Source: Lama glama (lineage: Eukaryota). Taken from it: a stretch of 64,000 bases of DNA. Shown piece after piece: positions 23,946 to 37,464 of the stretch. Made by a program: the position numbers and the translations under genes. The stretch's first letter is position 1. Each line of letters opens with the position of its first letter. The notes beneath the pieces were generated by a model. That model saw only the letters and a list, made by a program, of their open reading frames with translations. It was not told where the DNA came from and did not search any database. The DNA is taken from the NCBI GenBank assembly GCA_028534125.1, contig CM052817.1:103666001-103730000 (forward strand). Reading direction: 5' to 3'.

Positions 23946-24402
23946 TTATAATTTATTTTTTATTGACTTATAGTCAGTTACAATGTGTCAATTTCTGGTG
24001 CACAGCATGTTTCAGTCACATATATACATACATACATTCCTTTTCAGATTCTTTTTCATTGTAAGTTATTACGAGATATTGAATATAGTTCCCTGTGCTA
24101 TACAGGAAAAACTTGTTTATCTATTTTATGTATAGTGGTTCATGTCTGAAAATCTTGAACTCCCAGTTTATCCCTTCCAACCTTCTTCCCTCCTTGTTAA
24201 CCATAAATTTGCTTTCTATGTTTGTGAGTCTGTTCCTGTTTCATAAATAAGTTCATTTGTCTTTTTTTAAGATTCCACATAAAGTAGTATCGCATGGTGT
24301 TTTTCTTCCTGTCTGAGTTGCTTCACTCAGAATGATGATCTCCAGGACCGGTGTAGCACATGACATTATTTTATTCTTTTTCATGGCTGAGTAACATTCC
24401 AT
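23946..24402 (-). mobile_element. Lineage-specific L1 3' end
   Basis: TTGACTTATAGTCAGTTACAATGTG...TTCATGGCTGAGTAACATTCC; perfect 16-bp TSD TCTTTCATACCATTTT at 23930-23945 and 24403-24418. Confidence 0.92.
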
Positions 24403-25324
24403 TCTTTCATACCATTTTACATGGAGCCTCTCATCTGTGACCTTCCACCCCCAGTGCACAGTGAAAGTTCACAGAATCAATCTTTTTTTCCTCCAAACCC
24501 CATGCTGGCCCTCTTTTAACACCTCTTTCTCTTTCTCCTTCACCTTTGTTCTTTTTCACTCTCTTACTTGCGTTTCCTTCTCTACATAGGCTCCCCCTCT
24601 TCTTTTGTCTTCTTAGCTTCAGTCCTTTTCAAGAGTCCTTGAACTAGTTTGTCAGAAGGGGGAGGGGAGTGTGGGAGGGAGCAGGCGGCCCCTCATTCTC
24701 CTTGCTGCAGAGGGTGGAGGCTGGGAACATTCATGGGTTATAAATTCTGCCCTCTTCACACTGTCTTCTCATCAATCTTGGTTGACTCCTGCAAAGAGAT
24801 ATTCAATATTCAGTGTTTAAATATCCTTCCTGAATTTCCTCGAATTTACAGCCTAGGCCACCCTCTTCTTTCTCTTTACTGGGCTGTACGTCATTTCTCG
24901 TGGTTCCTTGAAAGAGCAGCCAGGTGAATTGTGAGCGTGTGTGTGCACATGAGCGCACATACACACACACACCCCATTTTCCCTTCTAGAAAATCCTTGA
25001 ACATCTGTAGGAGCCTTTAAACTCTTTGTCCCCTAGTGCCTCTGCTCTTGTACACAGTTGTGTGCCTGAAGTGCCCGTCTCCGCAGTTCTGCATCCCTTG
25101 CGGGCACTGAGACCCTGCCCTTGTTGGAAGCATCACAGAAAGCACGAGAGACTCCATGCTGAGCTTTCAGGCAGCTTTTTCTTACTTACAATCTAAGAAA
25201 ACGAAGTTGCTAAGGTTTAAGTACATCTTAAGCTCATTATTCTTTTAAGAAGGGTATAGAATTCTAATGTTCTAATGGAAATCAGCCAGGACTTACTTTC
25301 TGAACTTGGTGGTCATTGTTCGTA

Positions 25325-25632
25325 AGATATTTCAGCTTCCTTTCTCTCCTGGACACAAGGTTAGAGTGCGTTGCCTGTGATCAAGTGACCGGCATTTCTG
25401 CACCAGAGCATTTAGTTGCCATTTAAACACTGCTACTTCTCTTGGTCATGATGACTGCGCAATTCTCATGGTGGCTGCTCTCCCAGCCAGCCTTAGTGTG
25501 GGAAGACCTTAAGCGGAAAACTCAGCCCCTCTGTGACTTACAGACCTGTCATATAGGGCAGAAATTATCTCTCCCCTTTGTTGTTTTAAGGCACTAAGAT
25601 TTGGGGGGTTGTTTGTTACGTAGCATAATCTT
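25325..25632 (+). mobile_element. Old MLT1-type LTR
   Basis: The 3' end TTGTTGTTTTAAGGCACTAAGATTTGGGGGTTGTTTGTTACGTAGCATAA is characteristic of MLT1. Confidence 0.65.
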
Positions 25633-27434
25633 ACACTTCTGCACTTGCTTAGCTCATCCTCACCTATTCCGTAAATGTGACCATTTCTCCTTGCCCTGAT
25701 GATTATATGTTTTTGTCTTGGATAAGTATCTTAATGGACTATAGAATGTTGCAGCTGTTGTACAAACTTCCCCACTGTGTGCTGTTTCTGCCATTGTTTT
25801 TTGGGAGAAACCTTTATGGAATTATGTAAGTAAAATTATTTTTCAGCAAGGATCCTCATTTATAGGCCATACTCTAGGGCACATCTCATGTAATTTTTTA
25901 TACTAACTTGCAGATGATTTGCTTCATTTGCTTTCATTCACTCCTCCGGTCATGCATTCATTCATTTATGTTTGTATTCAATAAACTGTACCAAATGCCA
26001 GGCATGGGGCAGGCTGGAAAAGACCCAGTCCCTGTCATTCTTATATTAAATTACCAACTCATTTCTTGTTTAGAAAGACTAGGAACAATTAAAAGTAAAA
26101 CAGAAGGCCATTTCTAAATAATCTGCATTTAAATATATACAATATCTTGTACATAATGAGCAGGCATAAAGCCAGTTCAAGTGGTTAAGAAAATGTGTAT
26201 TGCAGTAGACAGGGAGCCTCCTGTGGGTTCCACCTACTTTATTCCCTACAAATCTGAGAGGGCTAGCTTGAAGTACTCACTATGTAGGGAATACTGGTTT
26301 TTGAGTGTACCTGGTAAGACTGATATAACTGATCTGGAGATATAACAAGATCTTGGTAAACTGTGGAGGTGGAGGACTTGATTTGTGAATTTGTTTCTTT
26401 TGCTTAAGCCAACTGACCTGGTGTTGCCCATTTCTCATGCATAACGGCATTTTAAAAATGCTGTCCCACTTAATTGGAGCAATGGCGACCTCCAGTGGCT
26501 GAACGTACTCAGTTCGGAGTTGGGGGGGTACTTGGGTCTTGGGAAATCTTGTTGGTGCCTGCTGTGTTATTTCTGGGTAGCTTCCCACCACTGAGTATTC
26601 AGTTCGGTTTATAAAAACTGCAGATGATGTTTACCAAGACAAAAAAAAAAAGGATTATGGAAAAGCAACACAAAAAGAACATAGCCCTCACAGGCTGGGC
26701 CTCCCCATGTAGGCAGGAACACAGGGAAGAAAACACATTAGGAGGATGAGACTTGGAGGTAGGAAGTGAGGTGATTGGGTCAAGGACATGATGCAAAAAA
26801 GTCTTTCCCACAAACGTGCCTCTTAGGCTGGTTTTCAGGCATACCCTTCTTGTCAGGTTGACATATCGTACCTGATGAGAGACTGCATATCTGCTCTCTC
26901 TCTGTCTCTGTCTCTGTGTCTATCCGCCCATCTCAGTGATCATCTTAAACATTTCTGAAGTGCAACAGAACATATTCTACAACTTACGCCATGCCTCAGT
27001 CATATTGACATTTGGGAGGATATATCATTCTATAATGCTACATCGAAACATTTAAATGTGAAATAAAGAATTATAACTCTTTCTCCTATATTTGTCACCA
27101 GGGATGATTTTGGTTTTTCCAGTGGGGTTTTGAAGGGCTCTTCATCCCTCACTCCTGCCAGTACTTCACGGAACAGTTTGTGAGCTCCTGAGTTCAGAAA
27201 CATCGCAGACGAGATTATATCCTAGGGGAGGTCCACGCTGTTGCTTATCCTGTCCCCAGTACTGGAATCATTAAAACTGCAAATTTGGCTCAGGTCAATG
27301 AGTTCAGGTGGAAAACAAGGTATAAAGGACATGCAGTGTCCCACCTACTTTTTGCCTAATAAGCCTAGAGAGAAGCAGATCATGAAGAGTGAGAGGAGAG
27401 GGGAGAGGAAACCAGGACAATGGCGGAGTGTGTG

Positions 27435-27442
27435 TGACGTCA
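27435..27442. promoter_or_regulatory. Palindromic CRE site
   Basis: TGACGTCA with intact CpG in a CpG-retaining patch, with an ETS core CGGAAG ~25 bp downstream. Confidence 0.35.
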
Positions 27443-27535
27443 CTCTTCTGGCGGGTGCGTTTTCGGAAGCCAAGCAGAGTTGTTAATATTTCAACATACG
27501 CAATATTTACCATATATTAAAGTGGGGTTTTTAAA

Positions 27536-27668
27536 ATCCTTTTTAAAAGCTTCTTTGGGAGGGAGGTAATTAAGTCAATTCATTAATTTAATGGAGGTAC
27601 TGGGGATTGAGCCCAGGACCTCGTGCATGCTAAGCATGTGCTGTAAAACCGAGCTGTACCCTCCCCCT
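27536..27668 (-). mobile_element. vic-1-like SINE
   Basis: GGAGGTAATTAAG tail, then ATGGAGGTACTGGGGATTGAGCCCAGGACCTCGTGCATGCTAAGCATG...GAGCTGTACCCTCCCCC. Confidence 0.92.
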
Positions 27669-29759
27669 CTGGGATTTTTAAACATAATAGAAAAATTAGA
27701 CACCGCCTGAGAGATCACTGCCCTCTTTGCGAGCTATGATGCTCATAGGTAGTGACGTACCTGAGAGCCGCAGGTAAGTAAAATCATTCAATTTAATTTC
27801 TGGCTCACTTTTTAGAGAAAGCCGTTGGAACACACGCATACACACACCAGCACATTCATTAACCATCTGCTCTAAAATCAAGGCACAGAAACATAAGCCT
27901 TTGGCCAATCTACCCAATGAACGCTAAAAAGCACAGTTCGATCCTCTGTGGGGACCATTTAAAGTCGAGAAAGAACCCCAGAAACGGCTCTGTGGTACCT
28001 AGTGAGCAATGCTCTCATGCCAGCTGGTGGGGTGTGGGATTCGAGCGTTACCTAGTCCCCATGCAGATGAAAATTATGCCTTTCTCATCGAACTTCGCTC
28101 ATAGCTCTTTAATTCAGATTATTCTTAAACGGAGGGGCTGGTTTGGAGTGAAAGCCCCATTGGCCAAGGCTCAGGGCAGAGCTCTCTTGGATACCTTGAT
28201 TCTGATACAGCAATGCTGCATCATTGGATGATTGCTCAGGATGGGTGAATTGTTTGGTGGAAAATTCTTGCAGTAAGAATTAAGATGCTTGCTGTGTCAT
28301 GTGTCATAGTCCAGCAATGTCGCTCACTCTTGGGGGTGACTGGTCCTATTTAACTGCAAAGCAGTGGACGGTACCGGTGGTGCACGTCCTTGTCTACTGC
28401 CTCGTGTTAAAGCTCTCTGTGTGGCTTCAGCAGACTGGAAGATCCAGGACCATCCCTATGTCCATATTATCTACATTTGTTATTAATATTAACTGCCTCA
28501 CAGTCCTCGAATGTTTACCGAGCGGCAGGTGTGTGTCAGCTATGGGGATAAGTCCGTGAGCACACAGACAAGCCCATTCTCGCCTCTGCGTCTTTCCTCG
28601 TGCTGGAAAGCCTTCCGTCTGTCTCACAGGGTTTGTTCTACCCGAACCTCAAGGCCACGCGCAAGTCCCCACCTGCCCTGTGAAGCTTTCACTCAGCGCT
28701 TGCTTTCTAGAAAATGTTCTCTACCACATGCTTGGTGTTGAATTGTGGGTTGCCTGAGCCTCCTCTGTTTGACTGATTTCTTTCTACTCAACATCAGTTA
28801 TTATCATTATTATTATAAGCAAATGAGACAATAACAACAAGGTGCTTTGGACACACATGGAGTTTTAAAAAATGCAGTTAAAAACCTGGCAGCTGGTAAG
28901 AATATCCTGATCTATAACAGGAAAGAAAAAAACCAGCTTGCCCATCAGAGCCAAGTGACACAGTTCCTGCAAGCTGCGAGTTTTGCAAGAACGATGGTGG
29001 TCCTCCCTAATTTGGTTTGAAAAATTCTATATTTGTACCTGAAGGGTGTTTAGTCACAGACTCTGTAGGTGAAAGTAGACAGTAGCTCTCAGCCTGACTC
29101 TTTGTTTTTCAGCTCTTTTGCTAAATGACTGCTGAGTGCAAATATGTTTTCTGTGCCCAAAGCAATAACTAGATGTTTAAAGAAAGGAGAACCCTGCCAG
29201 AAGAATTCTGGTCGGCTGTCTGTCACACAAATTAATTCCTCTGAAAATGGGCTATTTTCTCATTTGCTTTAATGGTGATCAGAGCAGGTAGTTGGCGATT
29301 TTTTTTTTTCGGGGTCTTCTGCTCATCAGTCCTCCGAGTGCTTTATTTTGTTATGGCTCATTAGAGATCGGGCTTGATACCGTTCCATCAGTACATAATC
29401 ATGCAGAGGATGGGTTTCTTCACCAGACAAATGGAGTTAGAAGAATATTATTCTTTCCTCACTTTCCTCCCCAACTAATGGGTCACTTAAAAGCTATGAG
29501 GGAAGAGCATCTTTAAAATCTCTAAGAAACAGTTTTAACAGCCATGGTATATTCTTGTTAAATTTATATCCAAAAAAATATAAAATAAAATAAAATAAAA
29601 AAGTCTTGTGGGAAAAATTTTACCATTAGTGATTTTTCTTTGTTCTTCCCCAGAGTGAGTTTCTCTGTAGCATTCAAAAGAACCCGCGCAGAGACCACCC
29701 CCACCCCCCACCCCAGCACTAAGGTCAAAATACTGCAGCTTCCTGACCGGGTTTTGCAA

Positions 29760-31284
29760 TCATTAAATCCATACAGATAAGCAAAACTACTTGAATCAGG
29801 ATGAACCCGGCTCTGCAATTGTCAGCGTGGTCCATTTGTATTTAAATCAACTGGACAGTGATGAATAAATGTAAAGACTGAAAGTAAGAAAGATCACGTG
29901 GCCATTTCAATATTTTCTAAATGAAGTAAGTCCCTTAAGACCTATATGACATTCACATTCAATGGCTTTGAACTCTGGTTAAGGAAGGTTAAAGGGAGTA
30001 TTTTCATAATGCCTTGCAAATATCACCTATTAGATCCTTAATACATATCCTAACTAAGGGATATTCTCCCCAATGAGCATATAACTTGCCCGAGAGCCTT
30101 TATGAAAAGTGATGGTTTTATGTAGGTCCCCTCCCACCAGAGGTGACATTGGCTGAGGAGCTCTCTTTGAAGTGGGACGTCCCCAGGCCATCAGACAATG
30201 CATTTGTTAACATTCAATCACTGACCAATAAGAGATCATTATTCTCATCTGCTCTTTCCATTTGAGTTCCTNNNNNNNNNNNNNNNNNNNNNNNNNNNNN
30301 NNNNNNNNNNNNNNNNNNNNNNNNNNNNNNNNNNNNNNNNNNNNNNNNNNNNNNNNNNNNNNNNNNNNNNNNNNNNNNNNNNNNNNNNNNNNNNNNNNNN
30401 NNNNNNNNNNNNNNNNNNNNNNNNNNNNNNNNNNNNNNNNNNNNNNNNNNNNNNNNNNNNNNNNNNNNNNNNNNNNNNNNNNNNNNNNNNNNNNNNNNNN
30501 NNNNNNNNNNNNNNNNNNNNNNNNNNNNNNNNNNNNNNNNNNNNNNNNNNNNNNNNNNNNNNNNNNNNNNNNNNNNNNNNNNNNNNNNNNNNNNNNNNNN
30601 NNNNNNNNNNNNNNNNNNNNNNNNNNNNNNNNNNNNNNNNNNNNNNNNNNNNNNNNNNNNNNNNNNNNNNNNNNNNNNNNNNNNNNNNNNNNNNNNNNNN
30701 NNNNNNNNNNNNNNNNNNNNNNNNNNNNNNNNNNNNNNNNNNNNNNNNNNNNNNNNNNNNNNNNNNNNNNNTCATTAAATCCATACAGATAAGCAAAACT
30801 ACTTGAATCAGGATGAACCAGGCACTGCAATTGTCAGCGTGGTCCATTTGTATTTAAATCAATGGACAGTGATGAATAAATGTAAAGACTGAAAGTAAGA
30901 AAGATCACGTGGCCATTTCAATATTTTCTAAGTGAAGTAAGTCCCTTTTAGAACCTATATGACATTCACATTCAATGGCTTTGAACTCTGGTTAAGGAAG
31001 GTTAAAGGGAGTATTTTCATAATGCCTTGCAAATATCACCTATTAGATCCTTAATACATATCCTAACTAAGGGATATTCTCCCCAATGAGCATATAACTT
31101 GTCCGAGAGCCTTTATGAAAAGTGATGGTTTTATGTAGGTCCCCTCCCACCAGAGGTGACATTGGCTGAGGAGCTCTCTTTGAAGTGGGACGTCCCCAGG
31201 CCATCAGACAATGCATTTGTTAACATTCAATCACTGACCAATAAGAGATCATTATTCTCATCTGCTCTTTCCATTTGAGTTCCT
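29760..31284. other. 500-N assembly gap (30272-30771) flanked by a ~512-bp direct duplication
   Basis: 29760-30271 and 30772-31284 are near-identical, and both abut the gap exactly. Confidence 0.95.
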
Positions 31285-31859
31285 GGTGAAGACAGAGAAC
31301 TGTGTGATCTCGGTGTCATACAGCCCACGCCCACAATACTTAGCAGGGTGTTGGGCCACCCCATCAATATTGGTTGAGTGGAAACATTTGGGAAATTGTT
31401 GGTCCAGCACAGGGAACCACTGCTTGTTTCATTTACTGTTTTTGTCTCTGGGATAAGCATGGATAATTTCCTTCTGCTTTTTCTGCTGGTGGACCATGAC
31501 CGATATCCAGGTCCTTTTTTGGCAAAGAGGAGCATGTGTGAGTTAGGGACCAGCGGAGCTTTTCTCTCTGTGGTGTCTGTGGTTATGGTTTCTCCCCTGC
31601 TCTTCAACAGAGAACGTGGACAGTCCTTTCTTCTGATTTGGATGCGTAAAAATAACACCTAGATAGATGCAAAAAGGTAGTCCAATAGGATGTAAGTCAA
31701 GGGAGATGCTACTAAATAAGAAAAACCATGTTTGAAAAGTATAAAGGACACTGCATTTATGGCACATGATGGTCTAAAGCCCCAGGAGGCTGTAGAAACA
31801 GTAGAGGATAAGTGTAATATAGAAGCTTTACAAGTGTTAAGTAGAATTTAAAATCAATT

Positions 31860-32180
31860 AATGGAAACAACCAAGACATTTTTCAGCAGGTGAATCATTA
31901 AGCAAATGTCATATATCCACACCATGAAATACTACTCAGCAAGAAAAAGGAACAGAGTACTAATACGCACAACTTGAGTCAATCTCCAGGAATTATGTTG
32001 AACGAAAAAAATCCAATCACCAAAGTCACATACTACGTGATTCTATTTCTATAACATTTTTGAAATGACGAAATTATAGAACTGGAGAACAAATCACCTG
32101 GGTAAGGTTACATGGGATCTCTCCACTCTGTGCTACAATTTCCACAAATCTAAATTATTTTGAAATTAAAAATTTGATTA
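31860..32180 (+). mobile_element. Old L1M 3' fragment
   Basis: GGAAACAACC...ATCCACACCATGAAATACTACTCAGCAAGAAAAAGGAAC... Confidence 0.75.
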
Positions 32181-32287
32181 TAACAATGAATAATAATAGG
32201 AGACTGAGAAGAAGAAAATGCCATCAAGTAGAGTAAGTTGCTTAGAGATTGTCTTCTACTTCTTAGCTGTAAATAGAGGAGGAAGAT

Positions 32288-32440
32288 GGGGGGAAAGGGT
32301 ATAGCTCAAATGGTAGAGCACATGCTTAGCACACAGGAGGTCCTGGGTTCAATCCCTGGTACCTCCATTGAAAAAATAAGTAAATAAATAATCCTAGTTA
32401 TCTTGCCCACCCCGACCCCCCCCAAAAAAAAACAAAAAAG
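32288..32440 (+). mobile_element. vic-1-like SINE
   Basis: GGGTATAGCTCAAATGGTAGAGCACATGCTTAGCACACAGGAGGTCCTGGGTTCAATCCCTGGTACCTCCA...CCCCCCAAAAAAAAA. Confidence 0.92.
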
Positions 32441-34209
32441 AGAAAAGTTAAGTTGAGTGGTGTTTTACAGTGAAAACAACTTGTGTGAGAGAATATAGAA
32501 TGGGAAACACTGATAATACTAATTACTGTAGCAGAAGTAAGACAGAATCCTAGTGTGATTAAATAGCACAATTATTTGTGTTATTGTTAAATTAGGGGTA
32601 TTTTCAACTGCTTAATTCTCTGTCATTTCTCTTCATGTAGATCAAAAACACTAGTAATCCTTTTGTATAAGAGAACAATCTTAGTTCAAGGTCTAGTTAT
32701 AATAGTGCTAAAACTCAAATTTAAATGATGCAAAACTGAGGGTTATTTGTCAGATGCTGCTATAAATTTGATGGAAAATAGAATTCTAGTGTTGTATTTA
32801 TTCAAAAATCAAAGTGATGTAGAGTGATTTGAATGAAGAAGGTTAATGAATTGTAAAATGCTCTTGCTGGTGGCTTACAATTTTTTTGGTGGGGGATCTG
32901 GCAATATAAAATGGCTTCAAAACCTGCAGCTGGCTCAGGGGACAGCTTATATTTGAAATGTGTTTTTTAGGTGGAAAATAACCTATTTCAACTTTAGTCA
33001 CAATATGGTACACAAACATGCCCTCAACATAAAATCATCTAACATCACAAAACTCTTAGATCAGGAAGAGAGTGTTTGCATGCATAAAATACTTTTATTT
33101 TTCTGAAAAGCAAACAACAACACTTGATTTGATGGCTTACAATATCGCACATGCAGTGTAGAAACAACCCAATCTGAACTAATGAATACATTTCCCTACA
33201 TTTCAGTGGCAGTTTTACACATTTTTGTCTCCTTTAAGTGTGTAATCAGTTAGCTTGTGGTTGTTTCTGGGACAATTTTATATGCCACATATACCCTGGT
33301 CAGCTGGCATCAAACCAAAATAGCATGTTTATTTCCAGACACAGTATTCAGCGTTTACACGGATTATCTCATTTAATTTTCACAAGCACCCTATGAAAGG
33401 GACGCAAGTACCATCTCCATTTTCCAAATAAGGACATGATGGTGCCTTCTGCTTTGGTATTTGGCACATAGCCCCTTGGTCTAATTAATGTAGCAATTTG
33501 TTTTCATCTAACTCATTTCTTTAAAAAAAAAAAAGGCAGAGGGGGCTATACTTTCAGTTGCTGGATAGTTATCGTGGGGTCACAAGTCTGGATTAGAACT
33601 CAAGCAGGTCAGTTACACTCATCTTCCCTTCAGGCGGGGCCCTCCAAGCCCCAAAATAAAAAGAGCTATGGAGCATCACTTAGGAGTGAGAGAGACTCAA
33701 GTGTCTAGGAAGTCCATCCATGGTGACACTCTAGGTGGAAATCACACTTTTTGGCAGGACTGGTGAATATTTTTTACTTTTCTTTTATGAAGGGAATCTC
33801 TGAAGCCTGATTAAAAAAATGTATCAGAAATCATGAATTAGGTTTCACCCTTACAAATGATGAATTATGTGATTACAGGAAAGCTGTTAAACAGACTAGC
33901 ATTTCAGCCTTCGAAAAGTTTTAGAAGCCAAAACTCCAAGCGTACAAATTGTTTCTGATCACAATTTGGTATTTCGACTTCTAAACGGGTCAGCCTGAAA
34001 CATTTCCAAATGCCTGCGTGGGTATCTTACTGACATCTCACTCTCCAGTTATTCAAATCCAAGTTTCCACTGCACCCTCCTCCCCTCTCAAAAGTATGCC
34101 CATCTTTTTAAGATCCATTCCAAATGCTGCACTTTCTTTCCCCAAACAGTTTATGATCCTTTAAATGGAATTCAATATCTCTTTCCTTTGAAATATCATA
34201 GCAGTTGAA

Positions 34210-34425
34210 TATTGCTAATAATAGTGGTAGCCAACAGGGATTGCTCTAATGTGCCAGTATTAAGAACTTGCATGTATTCACTCTTTTAATCCTCAGACAA
34301 ATCTTGTGATACACATTCTCTTGTTTCTTCCATTTTCCAGGTGAAGGCAGGGAGACACCACCAGGTCGCACTGAGAGCTTCTGGGAGTCACAGGCCAGGA
34401 ATCAGGACCTGGGCAGCCAGGCTCC
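34210..34425 (-). mobile_element. MIR fragment within an L2-like region
   Basis: TAATAATAG...TGTGCCAG...TTTAATCCTCA...CCATTTTCCAGGTGAAG. Confidence 0.5.
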
Positions 34426-36226
34426 AATGATGCTTCCTTCTACCTTGTGATATGATTGCTCTTAAACATTTTCTCCCTCTGGATGACAAACTCTTTGGCA
34501 AACGAACCTCCCTTACCCATCTCTGTGTCCCCTGTGGAGCTTCATATAGCACTTAACAGATATTTGTTGCATTAAATTGAATTTTCTTCAATGGCAATTA
34601 TAATAGCTCTCATGGAAGTAGAATAAACAAACAAAAAAAATGCGAGGTAGTTGCAACAGGTGAATAAAATGCATCTGGAAACAAATAATTCATTTTGTAC
34701 AAAAAGAATTACTTTTTCCACACAAAGCTCTATCTTTCCTGTCACTCCTCTTCCATCTCATATAGATACAAGTAAATACACCTTAATCTCTGGGAGAATG
34801 TAAGCCCACACACTGAAGTGAAATGAAATATCAGCATAAAAGATATTTTCTATTCTTTCCTTGTTTTTCATTGTCTTCTGTTACAGTGAGACAATTACCT
34901 AGCTTTGGTCCTACCTGGTTATTCAGGATAAATATCCTTATCAAACGTAACTGTTTTGTATCGTAGAAAGTCAAATTGTTATTTCATATTCCTATGTGGC
35001 AGATAGACTCGATCTTTTGCAGGTGTTCCCCCAACTGCCCTGTCCTGTTTCAAAATCTCACTTAATAAGGGGCAGAGCAGTCCTTAGCTGCCTTCAGTTC
35101 TCTGCTGGTCCTTACCATCTGGCACGTTTTCTTGGAGCTTGTGACACAGATTTTTGAACATCAGAGCAGGAAAATTCTTCCTAGAGAGACACTTTAGGTG
35201 TCAATCATCATTGCAATAAAGATCTCGAGTGATTTAAGTCATTTCCTACCAGCAGAGGAACTCCTGGCAATCAGCGTTGGCGTCTGCCTGAGTTTGATGA
35301 AAAGCAGCGCGGCCTTGGGGGCTAGTCCGCCTGTGACGGGGTCAGAACCTGTCAGGCCCTCACCTTGCCTGTGACCTTAGCCCTGGGCCTTGGTCATTTA
35401 AAAATCTGTATTAAATTCTTGTATTAGAAGCCTAATTATGAAATTCATGGTTAATTGCAATACCAATGTCATTTTGAGAGAATCGGCTCAAATGTGTAGC
35501 ATACTTAAAAGACTAGAGTGATGTTGTAATTCCAGCAATGTCCCACCCGAAAGCTAGTCTCAAAGGAAGTCATTTTCCTATCTCCCAGAGTCTGATTAAA
35601 GGGTGTCAGTGTCACAGGGGCACCAATCGGTGTAATTCATGTCGGGTCCCAGCCCTACAGGGGTACAATCTTGTTGAGGAGTTAAATGATGTGTATGGGA
35701 TGATAACTATAATACAAGTGTGATAATTTTGGAGCTTTGAAGGGATAGAGTCATTGTTTTGGTTCAAGGACTATTTTGACAGCCTTCCGCTTATGAAAGG
35801 CAAAATTCTCTATGAGCCACCTACATCAATGACTGACCCTTTCCAGGGGAAAAGAGAGGTGAGTAAGAAAAAAAGCACCAAAAGAGAACCAAGTAGTAAA
35901 ACCTGTTGGTACCAACATAGATAAATCACTCACTAATTATATTTACGAGGATATGAGTCCATGCCTTTAAGTTATATAAACCAATTCTCTATAAAATAAA
36001 AAAATGGCAGTAATTCTATTACTGGGTTATAAGCTCCATGAAGATAGGATTTTCATCCGTTTGGGTCATTAGGGTTTGGTGCGTCTTTGTTGCTTGGTAA
36101 ATATCTATTGAATGAATGAATTGAGTGAGAATAGCATAGCCACGGAAGATTTTTGTAAAATAAGCAGGTAGAGAAGAGCTTGCCTGAATGCGGAAGGCTT
36201 TTTTTTTTTTTTTGCTAATGGTATTG

Positions 36227-36315
36227 TCTTTTTTCTTCTTCCTCTTCTTCTTCTTCTTATTTTAATTGAAGTATAGTTAGTTTACTATGTTGTATTAATT
36301 TCTGGGGCATGGCAC
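36227..36315 (-). mobile_element. Tiny L1 3' terminus with (CTT)n tail
   Basis: TTTTAATTGAAGTATAGTTAGTTTACTATGTTGT is the same terminus as the other lineage-specific L1s. Confidence 0.7.
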
Positions 36316-37464
36316 ATTGCTGAACTAAATAAGGTAAGCAGGGCCCTACTATCAACATGAACTGACTTTCAAGGAGGCTGGATGATAATCTTCAATAACC
36401 CCTCCTGGTTTAACGACGTGTAATAAATACAGACGAATTTAGTTTTACTCTTTCCTGTACCATCATTATATGATGAATATATTCCAATTTCTAGAGGGGA
36501 ATTTAAGATATTTGCATCCAGTGTGCTACAGATGGTATCTATTGTTTCAAATCTTCATGGAACATATTCATTTAACATCTCATAGACTAATGCACCGTGC
36601 TGAGTGTAGCATCAAGAAAAAATATCTTACAAGGTTATAATGTGGAAGAAAAATTGTGGAAGCATTTTCACATTTCTTTTCCTTATATAATCTTACCTAC
36701 TTTAAAATCTACCTTACGGGTTTAATGCATGTAACATATTTATTGCTCTGTTTTAAGTAAAGGCAAAGCTTAAGAAATCCAATTTTTAGCAAGTCACCAC
36801 TTAAACACATTTTGTATACGGTCTCCTTCAAGACACCTTAATTAATGAGTGACATAAATAAAAAGATGTAAAAGATGCTAATTACAGGCACATTTGAAGT
36901 GTGAATTTATTATAATGTTGTGTTTTGGGGAGGGCAATTCTGTTCATATATTTAAGTTCCCTGTGTGTGGCATCAACTGTTTCCCCTCTTTGCTAAATGT
37001 GAGCCATTGTCTTGTATAGACAAGTTATTTAATTTCCTTCCAAGTCTGGTTTTACAGTTGTTACATAAATGTTGAACAGCCTTAATGTGAGAACGTTTCA
37101 CATTTTAAAGCAGGCATCCTATTGCCCCTGAATTTTCCATTTTCCAGGTTTAAACATTCCCAGGTTTTCTGCCTGTCTCTTTATAAGCACAATTTTTAAC
37201 ATTCTGATTGTGTTTGTCTGAAGAAACCCGTTTGTTGGCTAATACCTGATTTAAACACCTAGAACCATGTATAATAAATAAAGCCTTAATAAAGTCTGAT
37301 TAATTAATCAGAGGTTTTATTTTCTACCTTTGATTCACTTTATTATTATTATTAAAGTAGTAGAATTTAAATTAGTTGGTTTATTTTGTCAATATTTCAT
37401 TTAGTTATATTCTGTTCATTGTCAACTAGAGCTCTTAAGGTTTTTTAAACTCATGTTAATGAGT

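Noticed and set aside
30207..30847. Long ORFs of 176-207 aa
   Set aside because: They are artefacts of translating the N gap.
31378..31662. Hydrophobic plus-strand ORF faintly resembling SLC18 transmembrane helix 1
   Set aside because: GTG start, a resemblance of only a few residues, and no other transporter exons.
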